From NCBI GenBank assembly GCA_973895155.1, contig OZ316892.1, positions 30,014,932-30,078,931 of the forward strand: a stretch of DNA of 64,000 nt, given 5' to 3'. The stretch is from Marsupella aquatica. Its lineage: Eukaryota > Plantae > Marchantiophyta. Below, one piece after another: positions 40,065-53,369 of this stretch (position 1 is its first letter; every line of letters starts with the position of its first letter). The notes beneath the pieces were generated by a model, which was not told the DNA's origin, searched no databases, and saw only the letters and a program-made list of their open reading frames with translations. A program made the translations under genes and the position numbers.

Positions 40065-42770
40065 CTTCTGATTGAACTCAAGTTCTCTGGGCTTCCTCTG
40101 TCAACACCACAACCCACGATCAGATCTGGTACGAGGATAAAATCCAAGAGATTCCACGAGGTGCAGATACTTTGTACTTATTTCTGGAGAACTATGTTTC
40201 CCAATGATCTTTCTACAATGAATGCTCAGAAATAGATAGCAGACCAGTAAGTCTTTGGAGTTCTAGGGTGCATTCCCACCTCCGTCCAAAGATGTATTTT
40301 CTTGTCTCCCTTGCTCTGCTGTGATCTTTGGTACAGATAACTTACAAAAGTTATATGACTCCTTCTCAACTGAGAGTAACCGCTATCTGTCAAGAATTCG
40401 ATGATCTTAGAAAAGAATACTGAATTAATTGTGAAAGGCTTATCCAGGTAGCTCAAGTATCAATAAGCTCGTTCATACTCCCGTATTCACCGTAACCATA
40501 GAGAGGACAGAGACAAGGGCCTATCGAATTGACACTAAAAAACGTCAGCGAGCGGTCCTTGGGTTGTGTGTAGGATAGACTCTTAGGGCACCTTGACAGG
40601 CGTTCATTAAGATGTTCCCTACACTGTCCTTTCTATGCTATACACAAACCAGAATCTCCGTTTCTTGAAAAGAGACTATAAGTCAGACATAAAGCCTAGC
40701 CAGCATCTGTAAATTGGCTCTAGAGAATCCATAGTGATTGGACAGAGGTGACATGAATGTGAAAGCGCTACCCCTCCCTCTCCAACAATTCAGAACGAAA
40801 ATCGATCCACCATTCTTTAAATTAGCTCTTATAGAATCCGTCGAGAGACACATATGACATGAATATGACAGCGGCCCCCGCCCCCGCTCCCTGTGCTTCC
40901 TTGGAGATGAAAAAGAATCACACTTGAAGTTCAAGTCAAGTTCCACACATACGCCGCATAGCAGGAAATTCACGCAACCATAAATGTCACACCAGGGTGC
41001 TGCAAAAAGAGTTTTCTTTAAAAGTAGGTACGCATAACGTCGAAATCGCCATTGAGTCTCATTACCTGAAGGCCTTGTACAAAAACAATGGCTGATGTCA
41101 ATACCAATCAAACCGGACGGTGAAGGATGAACTCTGCAAATCAAACATCTTTGTTAAGAATGCATTCAAGGTCATTGGATCACATCATAATCCAACAAAA
41201 TGACATGCATACAAAATTAATCATACCTGGCTGTGGAGTGTTGCCTAAAGCGGCCCATATCCAAAATTTCCATGGAGTCAGATCCGTCCCCGTGCCGGGA
41301 AATAGGGAGCTTAATGGTACAGTTGTGAGAAATATGATTTTAACTGTTTGACAAACGTTCAAATCAGTCTCTAAGGAGTGCAATCTTGCAGAGCCCTCAA
41401 ATTTCAAGTCTCATATTTCCTGCGCGACTGAGGAAAGAAAATTCAGTAGGAGAAGGCTCTGTTGGGAAAACCTTGCCCGGGCAGAGGAATCTCAGCTCAA
41501 CGAAACAGTTGGAGGAACCCCTAGGAGCATAGCAGTAGCAGTATCTTCTCCAGGATTCCTTCCTCCTGCATTAAGAATTATGAATTGCTGTACTCTTTTA
41601 AGAATGATCCCAGCTTTGCCATGCAAACTTGAAAATCAAAACTACAAGGTTTGAGAGTAAAATGTACGAGAACCATTTCCTTTCAAACCCCAAAGCAACC
41701 ACCGTCATACCTGCACGTTACTCTCTGAAAAACTTTGGCGCAAGTGCTCTTGTTAATCGCCTCCAAGAAAGAACCCTTTCCAACCGAATTGTCCTGCATA
41801 CCAAACGAAAAATTGAGGACATTTCTACATCGAAGAACTTGTGAACAAGTGATGTGGAGAGCGTGTAAGTAGCAAATTAGGCAGGTTCGACAATTCTTTC
41901 AGAACAAGATGTTGAAGCAAGTAGGAACCAAATTAAATTTGGGTTTGATGGGCAATAAAAGAAGCTCATAAACGGAAATATCCTTTAAAGTTTGACATGT
42001 TAGAAAAAAGAAAGGCAAATGCACATAATTGCAGGCAGCACGAGACGTCATCCAAGAATTGAGCAGGACTTAAACCAGGATGGGGCGACGAACAAATATC
42101 CCGGGCTGAAAAAGAGATTCTGTCCCGCTTCCTTGGACACTAAGAGTTGAAAAGTATTGTTGCCCAGCAATGTAGGGTTGAAACGCAGACGAACATCGAG
42201 TATAGCTAGGGCCTTCCTAGGAATTCTCTGCCCAAAGGACATCGCGAGAGGCCGTGTGAAAGTGGTGACGCGAACCTAAGAGGGATCACTGGATTCGTCA
42301 GCATGCAGCTACACACAGCTCGGTACCGGATCCCCGAGAAGCAACTAAAGCGACATTAAATATTGAGCTACGACGAGTAATTCTTATCAGAATTGTGAAT
42401 TCTACAAGCATTGTTAGCTTGCGACAGCCCGGGATTCGGGATAGCCAGCGGGGATCTCCTTCGTTTCATGTAGAGATCTTGGTGGCGAGGAGGAGGAGCA
42501 CTGAGAAGCGGCACTGTTAAACCTGATCTGTCACTCGAATTTCCTCGCACAAACCTTGATCGTCACTTGGAATTCAGCTGAACAAAGCCCAGCTAAGGTG
42601 AGCCGAACTGCGCTATTCCCAATTCGAACTGCGATTCGGCTGGGGATTGATTGCCAACAGTTTACTCAAAGCAGTGGTGCCGCTGATCCAATAGAGGTGA
42701 AGTAAAAGACGAGATCTGCTAGATGATGTCCTGAGAATTCTCAATAGCCACAACTATGTGCATCACTCGG
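38056..42770 (-). repeat. Left arm of an inverted segmental duplication (partner 58878-64000+)
   Basis: Continuous reverse-complement similarity across the PPR CDS and ~2.7 kb upstream (e.g. 42368-42550 vs 59585-59760; 41180-41407 vs 60350-60580). Confidence 0.9.
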
Positions 42771-43538
42771 AGAAAAGATTCTGTGGTGGTTTGACAGAAT
42801 ACACCACGGCTGTTCAATTGTTTCAAGACCAGATTGACAAGATTGATTGCAGGAGTAGGATAGCGCCCTGGCAACCCATTCCAAAAATTGACCAGGCCCT
42901 TGACCCAGGGGCAGGTCACAATGGCTGAACGAAGTTACATGATTGCTACACAGTGATCACAAAGATGGATTCACGATTTGACCAGGCCCTTGGGAGTGTC
43001 GGCCATCAAAAATCCAAAAATCGATTAACCTGGTGACTTATCACCCGGTCCGCCTATGCTTATAGGGTACCCCCTATGCTAATAGGGCGCCACTAACTAA
43101 CTAGGGTAGCCACAAAACCTACACAAACCCTACACAATGCTGTTTTTATAAACCCCAACATTTTATTGGATGATGAATGAATTGTGTTTGAGCTTAATTG
43201 TTAGATGTGATCTGTTGTTTAACCTAGCTAGCTTTTTGAACCCTAATACTTAATCTCCTAACTCTCAATCTTATATACTCAAAAAATTTACATTTGGTAA
43301 CTTTCCATAAATCATTTCTTGGTGTAGGTTGGAAGGAGAGCATTTTTTTCTCTCCTTCTTCACATGTATTCTCAATGCTATGGATCCTTTAGGAGTTTCT
43401 CCACTCATGATGTCCCATGGGTGTAGAGTCTGATTGAGAGTCTATCTCATGTTCCGCATTTGTTGTCTAGTTTGAACCAACTATTTCTTACAAAAGTTGT
43501 TTCTTTAATGTTGTACTTGGGTTGGTATAGCCCCTTCA

Positions 43539-43883
43539 TGTTGAGCATAGACGACAATCGCAACGGCAAGCCCATGAACCATCCAATGCACAAGAGTCGA
43601 CACAGAGAGATACGTGATTCACCTCCACATGAGACTACGTCCACGGGAACACACATGAACTTTACTGCACTCTAGACCGACCGGCCATACCAAGCATCCA
43701 CAACGCAAGCTCTCTCTATCTCTCAACTAGCACTGTAACAATGAGCTTGAGTTCTCACTCTCCAAGAAAACACCGTTTGGTTATAGAGTGTGCACAACAT
43801 GACTAACCTAACCAACTCTGTGACTAAAGTTAGCCTTAACTACGGTACAGTCGTAACTCTAGACCTAAGAGTAAATCCCAACA
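43539..43883 (-). mobile_element. Solo LTR (345 bp), same family as 4970-5334
   Basis: TG...CA with TSD CTTCA (43534-43538 / 43884-43888); its reverse complement matches the 3' ~210 bp of 4970-5334. Confidence 0.92.
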
Positions 43884-44381
43884 CTTCACCTCCCCCTCTT
43901 AATTGTTGTTCTTTTCTCCTCTTAGGGTGTTATGCTACCTAAGGCCTCCCAAGGGATAGGAATTGTTTCCCTCCCTCCTTAGTTGTACTTTTTTACCATC
44001 CCTGCATTTCCTTAATTAAATCATGTACCTTCTTCATACTTGGTACTCAAGCCCTGGGTACCGGGTATAAAACCCTTAATTTTCTCTTGGCAATATGTCC
44101 GACACTTCAGTATGAAGTTTCAATCTGGAAACCGTCACCTCTTCCAAAAGAAAACTTCCACCCAAAGTGATCAGCTACACGATCACACAATCGTTGATAG
44201 TGATCCGATCAGTTGCCCCAATTCAACACAAGAAACACTCTCACCATTGCCCAAGCAGCCAAACATCAAACACAAAACTCTAATACTAATTGTAAGAAAT
44301 TGTTGGCTTAGACTAGACAGCACATGCAAAAACATGAGAAAGAACTGGATCTCATACTCTCGCTCATACTACGCCAACCCT

Positions 44382-44679
44382 CGGGGTCCTCACTTATTAT
44401 CTTCTGACGATGAGGCGCAAATAATTATATGGTTTTTTTATTGATTTAGCGAAAGACTTTTAAATTTTAGTGGAAGAATATCATGAATGTTTTAATCCAA
44501 TTTTGAGAATTATAAGAAGCAGAGTGTAGTTTAAACCAAATGTGTGAATATTCCAAGAATATTATATCAAGTTAGGGTAAAAAAATCCTTGAAAAAACTT
44601 TATTTACTTATGTTCTAGGGTGTTTACTCCCCCAAATCTTTACGCGTGATATGGGACAATCCTTGGATTGAAGCCCAAG
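44382..44679. mobile_element. Degraded third copy of the 10-bp-TSD MITE family
   Basis: Shares CGGGG..TCACTT start and the GAATATTCCAAGAATATT / CAATTTTGAGA core with the reverse complement of 53075-53369. Confidence 0.5.
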
Positions 44680-45974
44680 AGACATCAACAAGACACCATG
44701 ATGGAGAAACTCTTGAAAGATTCATAGTTCGTTGAAAAAGTACATGTGAAGTATGAGGAAGATAATTCTCTTCCTCCAACCTATACCCCAAGGGGAATGA
44801 GATGTGTGGGCCTATTAAACTAAATGGATCTTATCGTAATCTAACCAATTATCAACTAACGTACCCTAGTAAGACCAAACTAACTCTTGTTGAGAACTTG
44901 AGTCAATTCCTAACAACTTGATATCCCCCAAAGTTCAGTCACAAGTAGTCAAATGTAATCCTAAAACCTAGTCATAAAATGGGGTATTTGCATTATACTT
45001 TTTCTCCTTTCATCTTACGTTACACATCGGAGAACATTTCCAAATCCTCCTTCACCATAACTTTTTCCGCAAATATTTTCTCAAGGTTCAAAGTTCTAGC
45101 ATAATTCTCGGGGCAATGTTTGAACACAGTAGATATGCAAAGTTCAACCTACGAGAAAACTGTACTTTCATAGACACATGAATGAGTTCTTTTCCGAGTC
45201 CTTACGTCCCACATATAATGTACTCTTGAGAGTCATTAGTTCTTGCATCACCCATAGCACATGTTCTCACCTTTAGCTCCATTGCCACAATTAAACATGC
45301 CTTCAACTAGCTTCCGCAGATTAATGTCTAGCAGAAAAAGGTTACTTGTGGCAGAGGACAACTCCCAGGTGGGAGATACTATCCTGACAAATGGTTTTGT
45401 TTTTGGTTTCTTTCAGTTAGGGGGAGGGGACTCTGGGTTGCTAGAAGTGATGTACTATATTCTGGTATTTAGCAGTAAGATAAACAAAGGGCTGAACCAT
45501 GTCTAAGTTTGCAATATGAATCATACTAATTGGCTTGGAAAATCCATTATCATTAGTTCACTGATCAGATCAATGGAGCAATTAGAACTACTAGATAATG
45601 TGATTTGCAGATGTTATTCGAGCTTCGGAGGTTCTACCAATGAGCCTCTAGTCAAAACTGAGGGGTGGACTTGGCGATGGAACAAAGCAGATTGAAAAAA
45701 AGGATGGAATCTCCAGACCAAAACTTGGGCCCTAATGCTACAACAACACATCACACCTATTGAGCAACTCAATCAAAGGTGGTTTTCTTTGGATTCTCAA
45801 GAGATTTGGAGGAGCCAATGGATACATCTCTTGACTGGTTGGGCCTCTCCTTGCGTCAAACTGGATTTTTGGAAAGTACTCAACATTGGGTTCTTTCCTA
45901 ATTAATTTACAAGCTCTCAAGTGGGATGCCAGTGATGCCCGGAAGTGCATAGCTTGAGTGGTAGACCTAGCCAC

Positions 45975-47517
45975 CCAACGCCCTTACCAATCCTAGCACC
46001 CTTGCCTTTGTGCCCTTGGTGCCCGAGCGCCTACACAGAACTCTAGGAGCAAGCAAATTTGTACCCTTTAGCATCTTCGACGACAACTCCCATACGCAGC
46101 CGCACGTACTTGCTCCCTAACATGACTGTCGCTCAACATTTTCCCAAACATTCCTCACTATCTGCACAAGTAACCAAACACCTTGGTAAGTAACCCCATA
46201 GGTTTAGGGACTCAAAGACTAGTGTCCCAACTCAAGCTCAACAAACATGGGTAAGTAGGTTAGCGAATAGAACCTCCCGGCCCGTGTGGCTTTAATTGCC
46301 TTAAGGCCAAGCCAAAGCCAACACCCATTGTTTGTCCAGAACAACCCCTCTTTGGATGCCACCGGTGCTTCCCCACTTCTTATGCGTCATTGGTTGACCG
46401 CCCTGCCCCCAAGACATGATCATGGCCCAAGTAGCTAGCTTGTCACAAAGTTTGCCCTAAGCTTGTCCTAAAACGTCAAGACCAGATTGACCCTGACTCT
46501 AGCAACGGTCAACTCCAAGGTTCCCGCTCAACTGAGAGTCTAGGGGCCAAGTGCACTTGGAACTCAACCTCCATGCCTACTCTGCTTTGTCTCCCCAATG
46601 CAAGCTCCTATGGGAAACGAAATGCGGTTTGGCTGCTATTTCAACCGGGGTTTCAACAGGATTTGGCAAGCGGGCGAGATAGCCCCTGCAAACTCCAAGA
46701 ACCAATGGCATCCCCAGATCCAACTTATTTCAAGAGGATGTAATCATCCTCAAGAGCTTTCCAACGCATCTAGGAAGTCCTCCAACGGACTTCCCATTGA
46801 GATGTTATTGTCATTTCTGTTTGACGTTTTCTCTTCATGTCACGATCGCCGCGGCTCACGACTTGGGCTCGCCCTCGGCTCCCAAGGAGTCACAACTCCC
46901 CTCATATATGTTTCTAGGGACCTGCCACCCCAGACTGGCTTTGGTCCCCTATATTTGGCCCTCAACCCGGACTCCACGCATGGACACACAACTAACTTGC
47001 TATGCCCATAACTTCCTAGTTAGATGTCCGTAAGTGGAGTGCCTTAGCCGGTTGTGATCGGGCCGACCCAATGCTCATGCCTAGGCCCTCAAAACCCGTC
47101 GTCAATTGGGGTTCTTGGATGGCTGCACTTGGGCTGCGCTGTATCTTATGCGCCAAACATCCGTTGCGCATGAAGTAAACTTCTTTAGCCTTAGGCCCAA
47201 GAGGAGCTCTTACTCAAGAAATCATAACTCAAAGTTCGTTTGGGTATCCGGATAGTCCACCCTGAGCCCGGCCTGTCCCATGACCCAACCAACTCCAAGC
47301 TAGTCTAAGTCCTTAGTGTGCATCACTAGCTTAGCGCCTTGCCCTTGCTAGTGCAACGCCTTGTTACCCACTAGTCTCCCCATACTTAGTCCCCACCAGA
47401 TGGCCGTTCCGGAGGCTTGGACAATAGAGGAGCTCGATGTGAGAGTCATCGACGTCAGAGCTAAGTGTTAGGGTCGCCGAGTTCCGCGACTGCTTGCCAA
47501 GGGAACACCACACAACA
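45975..47517. mobile_element. LTR-retrotransposon-derived non-coding remnant
   Basis: GAGCTTTCCAACG motif and LTR-like composition; ends not resolved. Confidence 0.3.
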
Positions 47518-49327
47518 AAGAACATAAAACATTAGTCACACTAATTGTAGTGCACCTGTCACATTTGAATATCAAGCCCATAGAGAGAATCACAACACAC
47601 AACAGAAGACATAAAACTGAGACTCAGTGTCATTCAGTAGCAACAGGAGAACAACCATGGTTGGAGGGTAATGGCTCTGGATCTTAGTTCCCAAGGGACA
47701 ACAATAAGGAATGTGAAACAAGCCTCCCAGGGAAGCATACTCTCCATACAAAGTGAAAATTGCTTGCCACCTAATGACACTCTGACTTATCAAACTAGTA
47801 AGAGTTCTCCATTACTCTAGTGACAGCCCAAGAGCATTGTAGGGAAACATCTCTCTCGGTACCTGTCCGATATTGTAAATAAAGCCTGACTCATCTTCAG
47901 AAATTGATTTGACCTACTTTGAGTGGTTTGATAATTATGCTCTTGTGTGCGATCTTGTTTAATACAATTGTGCTTTCTTTGTAACTTTGATTTGCCTGTA
48001 CATAGTGTGACTTAACATACTTAATTAGTGTGATTCCTGAAAAAAAAATATAAATGGACACTCATTAGTGCGAGTCACTCTAATTTTGGTGTCACACTAA
48101 GTGTTCACTCACACAAATTATAGTGGACAATGTAGTTGGGACAAAGCAACTCCCATCACTGACGGTTTTGCAGTTATTTCCTAGGGCTTTTCTCATTAAT
48201 ATTATTTGAACAACCTTTAACTACCTCACCACTAAAGATGTTCTAATTGATAATACAGCCAAATTTTTTTTGGTATTTACAATATGCCACATTTTTGTAT
48301 ATGGATAACAAGTTCACCTAGGTAACAAGGGTGACCCTAAACCTATGGCATATTTGTAAATGCAACAAAAAGAAAAAGAATAGAGGACAATATAATTATT
48401 GGCAATGTAATTAAAAACTAATTATTTGAATGGATCATTCTTGCCAATCAATCTAGTCTTGAAACAAATAAGGGGTAGTGAACTCTGGATGCATTGTCTC
48501 AAACAACCACGGAATCTTATTGTAGTTTGCTTTTGAGTCAACTTTTCGCGGATATAGCATACTCATCCTGGAACATGAAAAGTTATTTTGTCCTCTAGCA
48601 AAAAGTTTAAGTTTTTTAGTGAAATACAGGTGATCTAATTTTTTTGTGGCAAATATAAATAGGACATTGATTAGGAAGCGTGACATTGAAAAGTTGTGCA
48701 CAGAAGGAGAGATTTGCTTGCCTGGTGGGACCCCAGGCAAAAGCTTCCGACTTAACCAGACCCACTAAGTGTGGAACAGGGTCTGGAATCACTCGGTGGG
48801 ACCCCAAAAAGTATGTTGAAACGGGTATTCTGTGAAAAAACTGGGTTGTCAGGACTTCTGCAGGCAGCGGACGCGGGTGAGAGGGGGAAAGAGTGAGGGT
48901 GGGGGAGAGGGTAGGGACATCTTGTTCCCTCCCGTTAACCTACTGCCCGTTGAAGGCTCATGGGCAGGGTGTGACGCCGCCGGTACGGCGGTTAATGAGT
49001 GATTCAGTCTAACTGCGCTCGGCACGCGCGTTAGGTGGGTCTTAGGCCGCTATTATTAGCATAACGACAGTATTTAGGTAATCATTAAGGGTAGGACATC
49101 ATTAGGCAATAAGGGGGACTTCAGGTTCGGGCTGGCGGCGGGTCGCTATTCGCACACCCGGGTTACGAGCGTGGAAGGGCCCCTCCCTCGGGTCCGTATA
49201 ACGAACTTAAGGAAGCGGCCGCTGACGCATGCTGACTCAGACCGGCGGAGTGGCCGGTACACCACAAGCGTGAGCGGTTCAGCCTATGGGCGTCGAGGAG
49301 ACGTCGGGGATCGACAAGCCCTCAAAG

Positions 49328-49338
49328 TATAAAAGGGG
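49328..49338 (+). promoter_or_regulatory. LTR-type TATA box
   Basis: TATAAAAGGGG about 360 bp into the element and about 100 bp upstream of ATG 49436. Confidence 0.7.
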
Positions 49339-49435
49339 AGCCAACCCTTTGTAGTGCACCAGTCCATCAGTCCGCGCGCCAGCTTCGACCCCAGCTCTCT
49401 CGTTCTCTCTAGGTCGCCACTACTATCTCCTCTGA

Positions 49436-52090
49436 ATGTCGCACACGATCCTCTCCAGCTCGGCCATTCGATTCTGGACGCAGTTCCTATCTACCGGAAG
49501 GCACTTGGCCGATTCATTGAAACACGCCAACCCGCGCCGATACGAAATCGAACGCGAGTACGAGAGAGCCATCCGCCTAGCAGGACGACACCACTACGTC
49601 CTTAACTTTGACTACCCGTCTCAAAGCGAGCTTTACCGACCAGCAGAGGTATCTGGGTACTTCTTCAACGGAGACAAATATATCGGGTTCTGGGAAGCAT
49701 TGCTTCGGCTTCCGGACGAGGTCTTCAATATCCCGGGTACAATCGACCTGCAACGACATCACTTCGACCACATCCCTGCCCAGGTTCGGGCTGTCATTAA
49801 CGGCGAGTCCAGTACCAACCGTTCGACAAGGGCGTCCGCACTCGCTTCGGAGAACTTCTACCAGCACCTGCAGAGCTTCATGGGAACTCGGCCATCAACC
49901 AACATGACCAACTCAGCCGGGCCCGTACCCGTACCCGTGCCCATGCAACCCCAGCCTCAACCTCAGGCTCAGCTTCAGCTTCAGCCTCAGCCGCAGCCTA
50001 GCCAAACCCCACCACCTATCACCTAGCCAGCACAGGTACGCTCCGTCATCAACGCTGTGGATCTTAGCGATGACGACGAGGCTACCCCACCCTTGACCAG
50101 GCAGCCCAGAGGAACAAGCGCTCGAGGGGCCGACACTATATCGTCCCCACCCCCTGCTCTGACCCCAGGAGCGGCCCCAGCAGACAACATGGTGACCGTG
50201 GCCGCCCCGGGCCCGTTACCAACCGCAGTAGCACTCCCCAGGCCCGATCGGGAGGATGGGGAAGTATCACCTTCCCCGAGTCAGTCACGGGGAAAGAAGA
50301 GGAAGGAATCCGCCACTGCATCCGAGTTACCGTTGGCCACGGTAGCCGTAGCCAAGGTGACGATGCACCGCATGGGGGAAAACGTTCACAACAACATCCT
50401 CCATCCCAAGCATGCGGTGTACCTGAAGACTCAGGGATTTGAGCACCTCACCTCTCTCCCCTGGAACACTTGCAGGTACTACGGGGAGGACATGACAGAA
50501 TTCGTCAAGAATTATGACGACGTACGTCAACAGACTCGGCTGCGGGGAAGGAATATGTCCCTCACAAAAGAACATCTCAAGATGATCTTCGGGTTACCCG
50601 AAGGTGACCATCGAGTCGAATCACGGGCTCCCGGGGGCAAGGGGGCCAAGTACCAATCTTCAAGTTTTCCCTCAGAAGGAGCAGTAGACAACGGGTTCGT
50701 GATGAGGACCTGCCTCATGCCCGAGATAGCTGAGCGGCTGGAGTTCCAAAGGTACGCTCTCCACATGATGGAACCCCGGGGGGAGATCTCCGCCGCCCAG
50801 GTTATCCAGGTCGAGAACTATCGACCTAGGAAATGGGCGTCGTACTTCGCTAAGAAATTCCATGAAGAGATGGAGCGACGAAGGAAGACACTGTACATTG
50901 GCGGGAAGGCGTATTTCGCTAGCCACATCGAAATCATTCTTGAGTGGTACGCCCGGTTTGATCGACGAACCCTTCCCCGCATCAACGTTACAAAGCTGGT
51001 CCCAGCTAGGTGGGTTTTTCCGGCATTGGAGAGATGGCCCCAACCCGAGGCCCAAAGTCCAGTGGACACGCCAGCTTCACCCACCCCACCTCCACAAATA
51101 GTTGTAATCGTAACCGAGGAGGCGCCGGAGGGGTCGGTCGTCGCAACCGTTGATGCGACCCAACTAGTCGGGCTAAGTACAGAAGTTGGTACGACAGAGG
51201 TCTTACCCGAACCCGGGTCTCCCAAGGACCCACCGATGGCAATTCCGGAGAACCGGACATCGCTGCAGGAGGACACTCCAGCCCCTTCCAACGTTATGTC
51301 CCCAGGGCTGGACGTCACTGCCCCGGCCCCTGCGCGTGTTGACGTCTGCCCGTGCCCAAATCCGGACAGGCACAACTTGGACCACCCGGAACTCTTTGTA
51401 CAGGGTACGTTTCTGAACGGGCTTCTGGGAGATTTCTCTCATCAAATTGCCCGGGATACCGGGGAGTTCATGGCCCGGAAGGTAGCCTGTTTCTTCAATC
51501 AGGAGTTGGTTGCCGCCGTAAAGGCAGGTCGGGCCCAGTCGGAGGCCCTTCAGAGGATAGAGCGGTACCGGGTGGAGTCCGTGTACCTGAAGAACGAAGT
51601 GGCAGCTCAAGAGGCTGAGCTTCTGCAACTACGACCCAAGGTTGCAACCGCCGATGAGTTGTTAGCAAAGGCGTACGCTCTTACCGCCCTAGCCGAACAG
51701 GCCAAAGCTGGGAAAGAGGCCGAGATTACACGACTCCGGAACCAGATTGACAGTTTGAAGAAACAAGCTGTCACCTGGCAGAAAGACCTGGAGGAGGCCG
51801 AGGAGCGAGCCCAGCGGGACATGGCGGAGATAGCCACGCTGCAGGCCGAGATGGCGCGGCTCCAAACCGAGGCCGAGAAGCAGGACCAGCTGGCGGGTAA
51901 ACTGACGAGCGACGCCCAGCAGCTGGAGGAGGCATGTCAGGAGGCAGCAGAGGAGACGGACGCGGCGAGGCAAGAGAACGAATCTCTGCTGGACCAGGTC
52001 CAGCTCCTCAAAGCGGACAATGATAGGCTTCGAAGGCAGCGGGATGGCCGTTCCCATTCGGGCAGCTCTGGCAAGCGTGCCAGGCATTAG
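49436..52090 (+). CDS. ~884-codon ORF broken by one in-frame TAG (50024-50026): unknown N-domain, Q/P linker, plant-transposon (PMD/Transposase_28/32-like) core, C-terminal coiled coil
   Basis: ORFs 49436-50026 and 50057-52090 share a frame with no other stop; core EFVKNYDDVRQQTRLRGRNMSLTKEHLKMIFGLPEG; basic motifs GKKRKE and KRARH; heptad-like E/A/Q-rich C-terminus. Confidence 0.75.
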
Positions 52091-53074
52091 CGGCGGAGTA
52101 GGAATAGATTAGGATTAGGATTGGCTTAGTCAGGCTCTTGGGTCAGGCACCTGCCTTAGGTACAGCAGCACTGCCCTGCTGTCCAGCCTGCGTAGATTAG
52201 GATCTTCTAATAAGACACAGCCATTTTCCGGCCTAACTGTCAGCTTAGTTAGGACCTTAGTCAGCGAATCTTCGGCGAGAGGACGCCCCGTCCCTCGGCT
52301 CTTAGTATTTAGTGCACCCCTCGGTAGAGACAGGGGGGTTTTTAGTTTCAGAGTCGGACATCCGCGGGATATGCGGGGAGTCCCGACCTCTGGGAATGAC
52401 AGAGTACCAAGGGGAGGGGGTAGGACTAAGCTCGCCGGGCGAGTGCGGAGCCGGGCTCCGTTGTAGTGTGCACCCTCGGCCTTGAACCTGTTCATTCCAG
52501 GGCTGTCGGGTCAACTAAGTGTACACATATGTTCCCTTTGTAGTAAAATCCTTTCCCATCATTTTCCTTCGTGTAAATCGAGATTGTATGCATGTGTGCG
52601 CATATGTGTGTGGGTTTCTCGTATATGGGTGGCAGCGCCAGGCCGAATGCACTACCCGAGACGTGCACAGGGTGCAGCCTGCGGGTAAGTGGTTGCGAGC
52701 ATGGGTTGAGGACCTGTATCATCGAATCCGGATCGAAGGCGGACAGCACGAAGGCTTAGAAGCCCTTAAGCCGGGGTCGATCCTGCTATCGACTAAGGTA
52801 CGTTCCGGCGGCGGAACACAAACCATACCTAGGAGGTGTCCGTATTTAGCAGTATGCGCACTTAGCGCTAGTTTACGAGAATAAGGTGCATTACGTGCTT
52901 CCCTTCCTGCCCGAACCCTCAGATTTACGAGGGATGTGCCCGTCTAAGCTGAAGTCTGAGTTAAGGCCGAAGCCTACGACGTGACACAGGGAGGCACAGG
53001 ATCTCCCCTGCAAACGTCAAGCCCCTTGGGACCAATGTGCACACATTTTGTGTATACTGTGGGGAGATCGAGCG

Positions 53075-53369
53075 CTCAGGGGTCTCACTATATGGGGACC
53101 TCCCTATCGCCTGCGACATTTTTAGGCCTCTGACCCCCTAAAATGTAAGAATTTTTTTTAATTTTTTAACCCCTATAAAGTTAGAATATTCTTGGAATAT
53201 TCTAAAAATTGGATTAAAAAGACCCTAATGTTCTTATAAGTCTCAAAATTGAATTTAAAAGACCTTATTGTTCTTCTACAAAAATTCTTAAGTCTTCCCT
53301 TAGAACCAATAAAATGACCCTATCCTTCGTCGCACGTGATATGCCATTTTTGTGGAAGTGAAACCCCCG
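53075..53369. mobile_element. MITE with 10-bp TSD nested in the MULE
   Basis: Perfect TSD AGATCGAGCG (53065-53074 / 53370-53379); GGGGTCTCACT / AGTGAAACCCC short TIR. Confidence 0.85.

Larger units (their letters stand above)
48970..52986 (+). mobile_element. 4017-bp TG...CA insertion with 5-bp TSD: probable giant ORF-bearing solo LTR
   Basis: Starts TGTGACGCC, ends GACGTGACA; TSD CAGGG (48965-48969 / 52987-52991); interrupts the MULE left TIR; no internal direct repeat, PBS, PPT or gag/pol seen. Confidence 0.8.

Noticed and set aside
43320-44790. Degenerate ~100-bp inverted repeat (43320-43420 vs 44690-44790)
   Set aside because: Probably an old TIR element, but termini and TSD cannot be defined.
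50024-50026. Stop codons repaired by RNA editing (also 54127 and 7570)
   Set aside because: PPR-type editing is organellar; ordinary point mutation, especially C>T decay of methylated TE DNA, explains them more simply.
50136-52087. Multiple minus-strand ORFs within the 4-kb element
   Set aside because: Expected shadows of a GC-rich coding frame; no recognisable domains.
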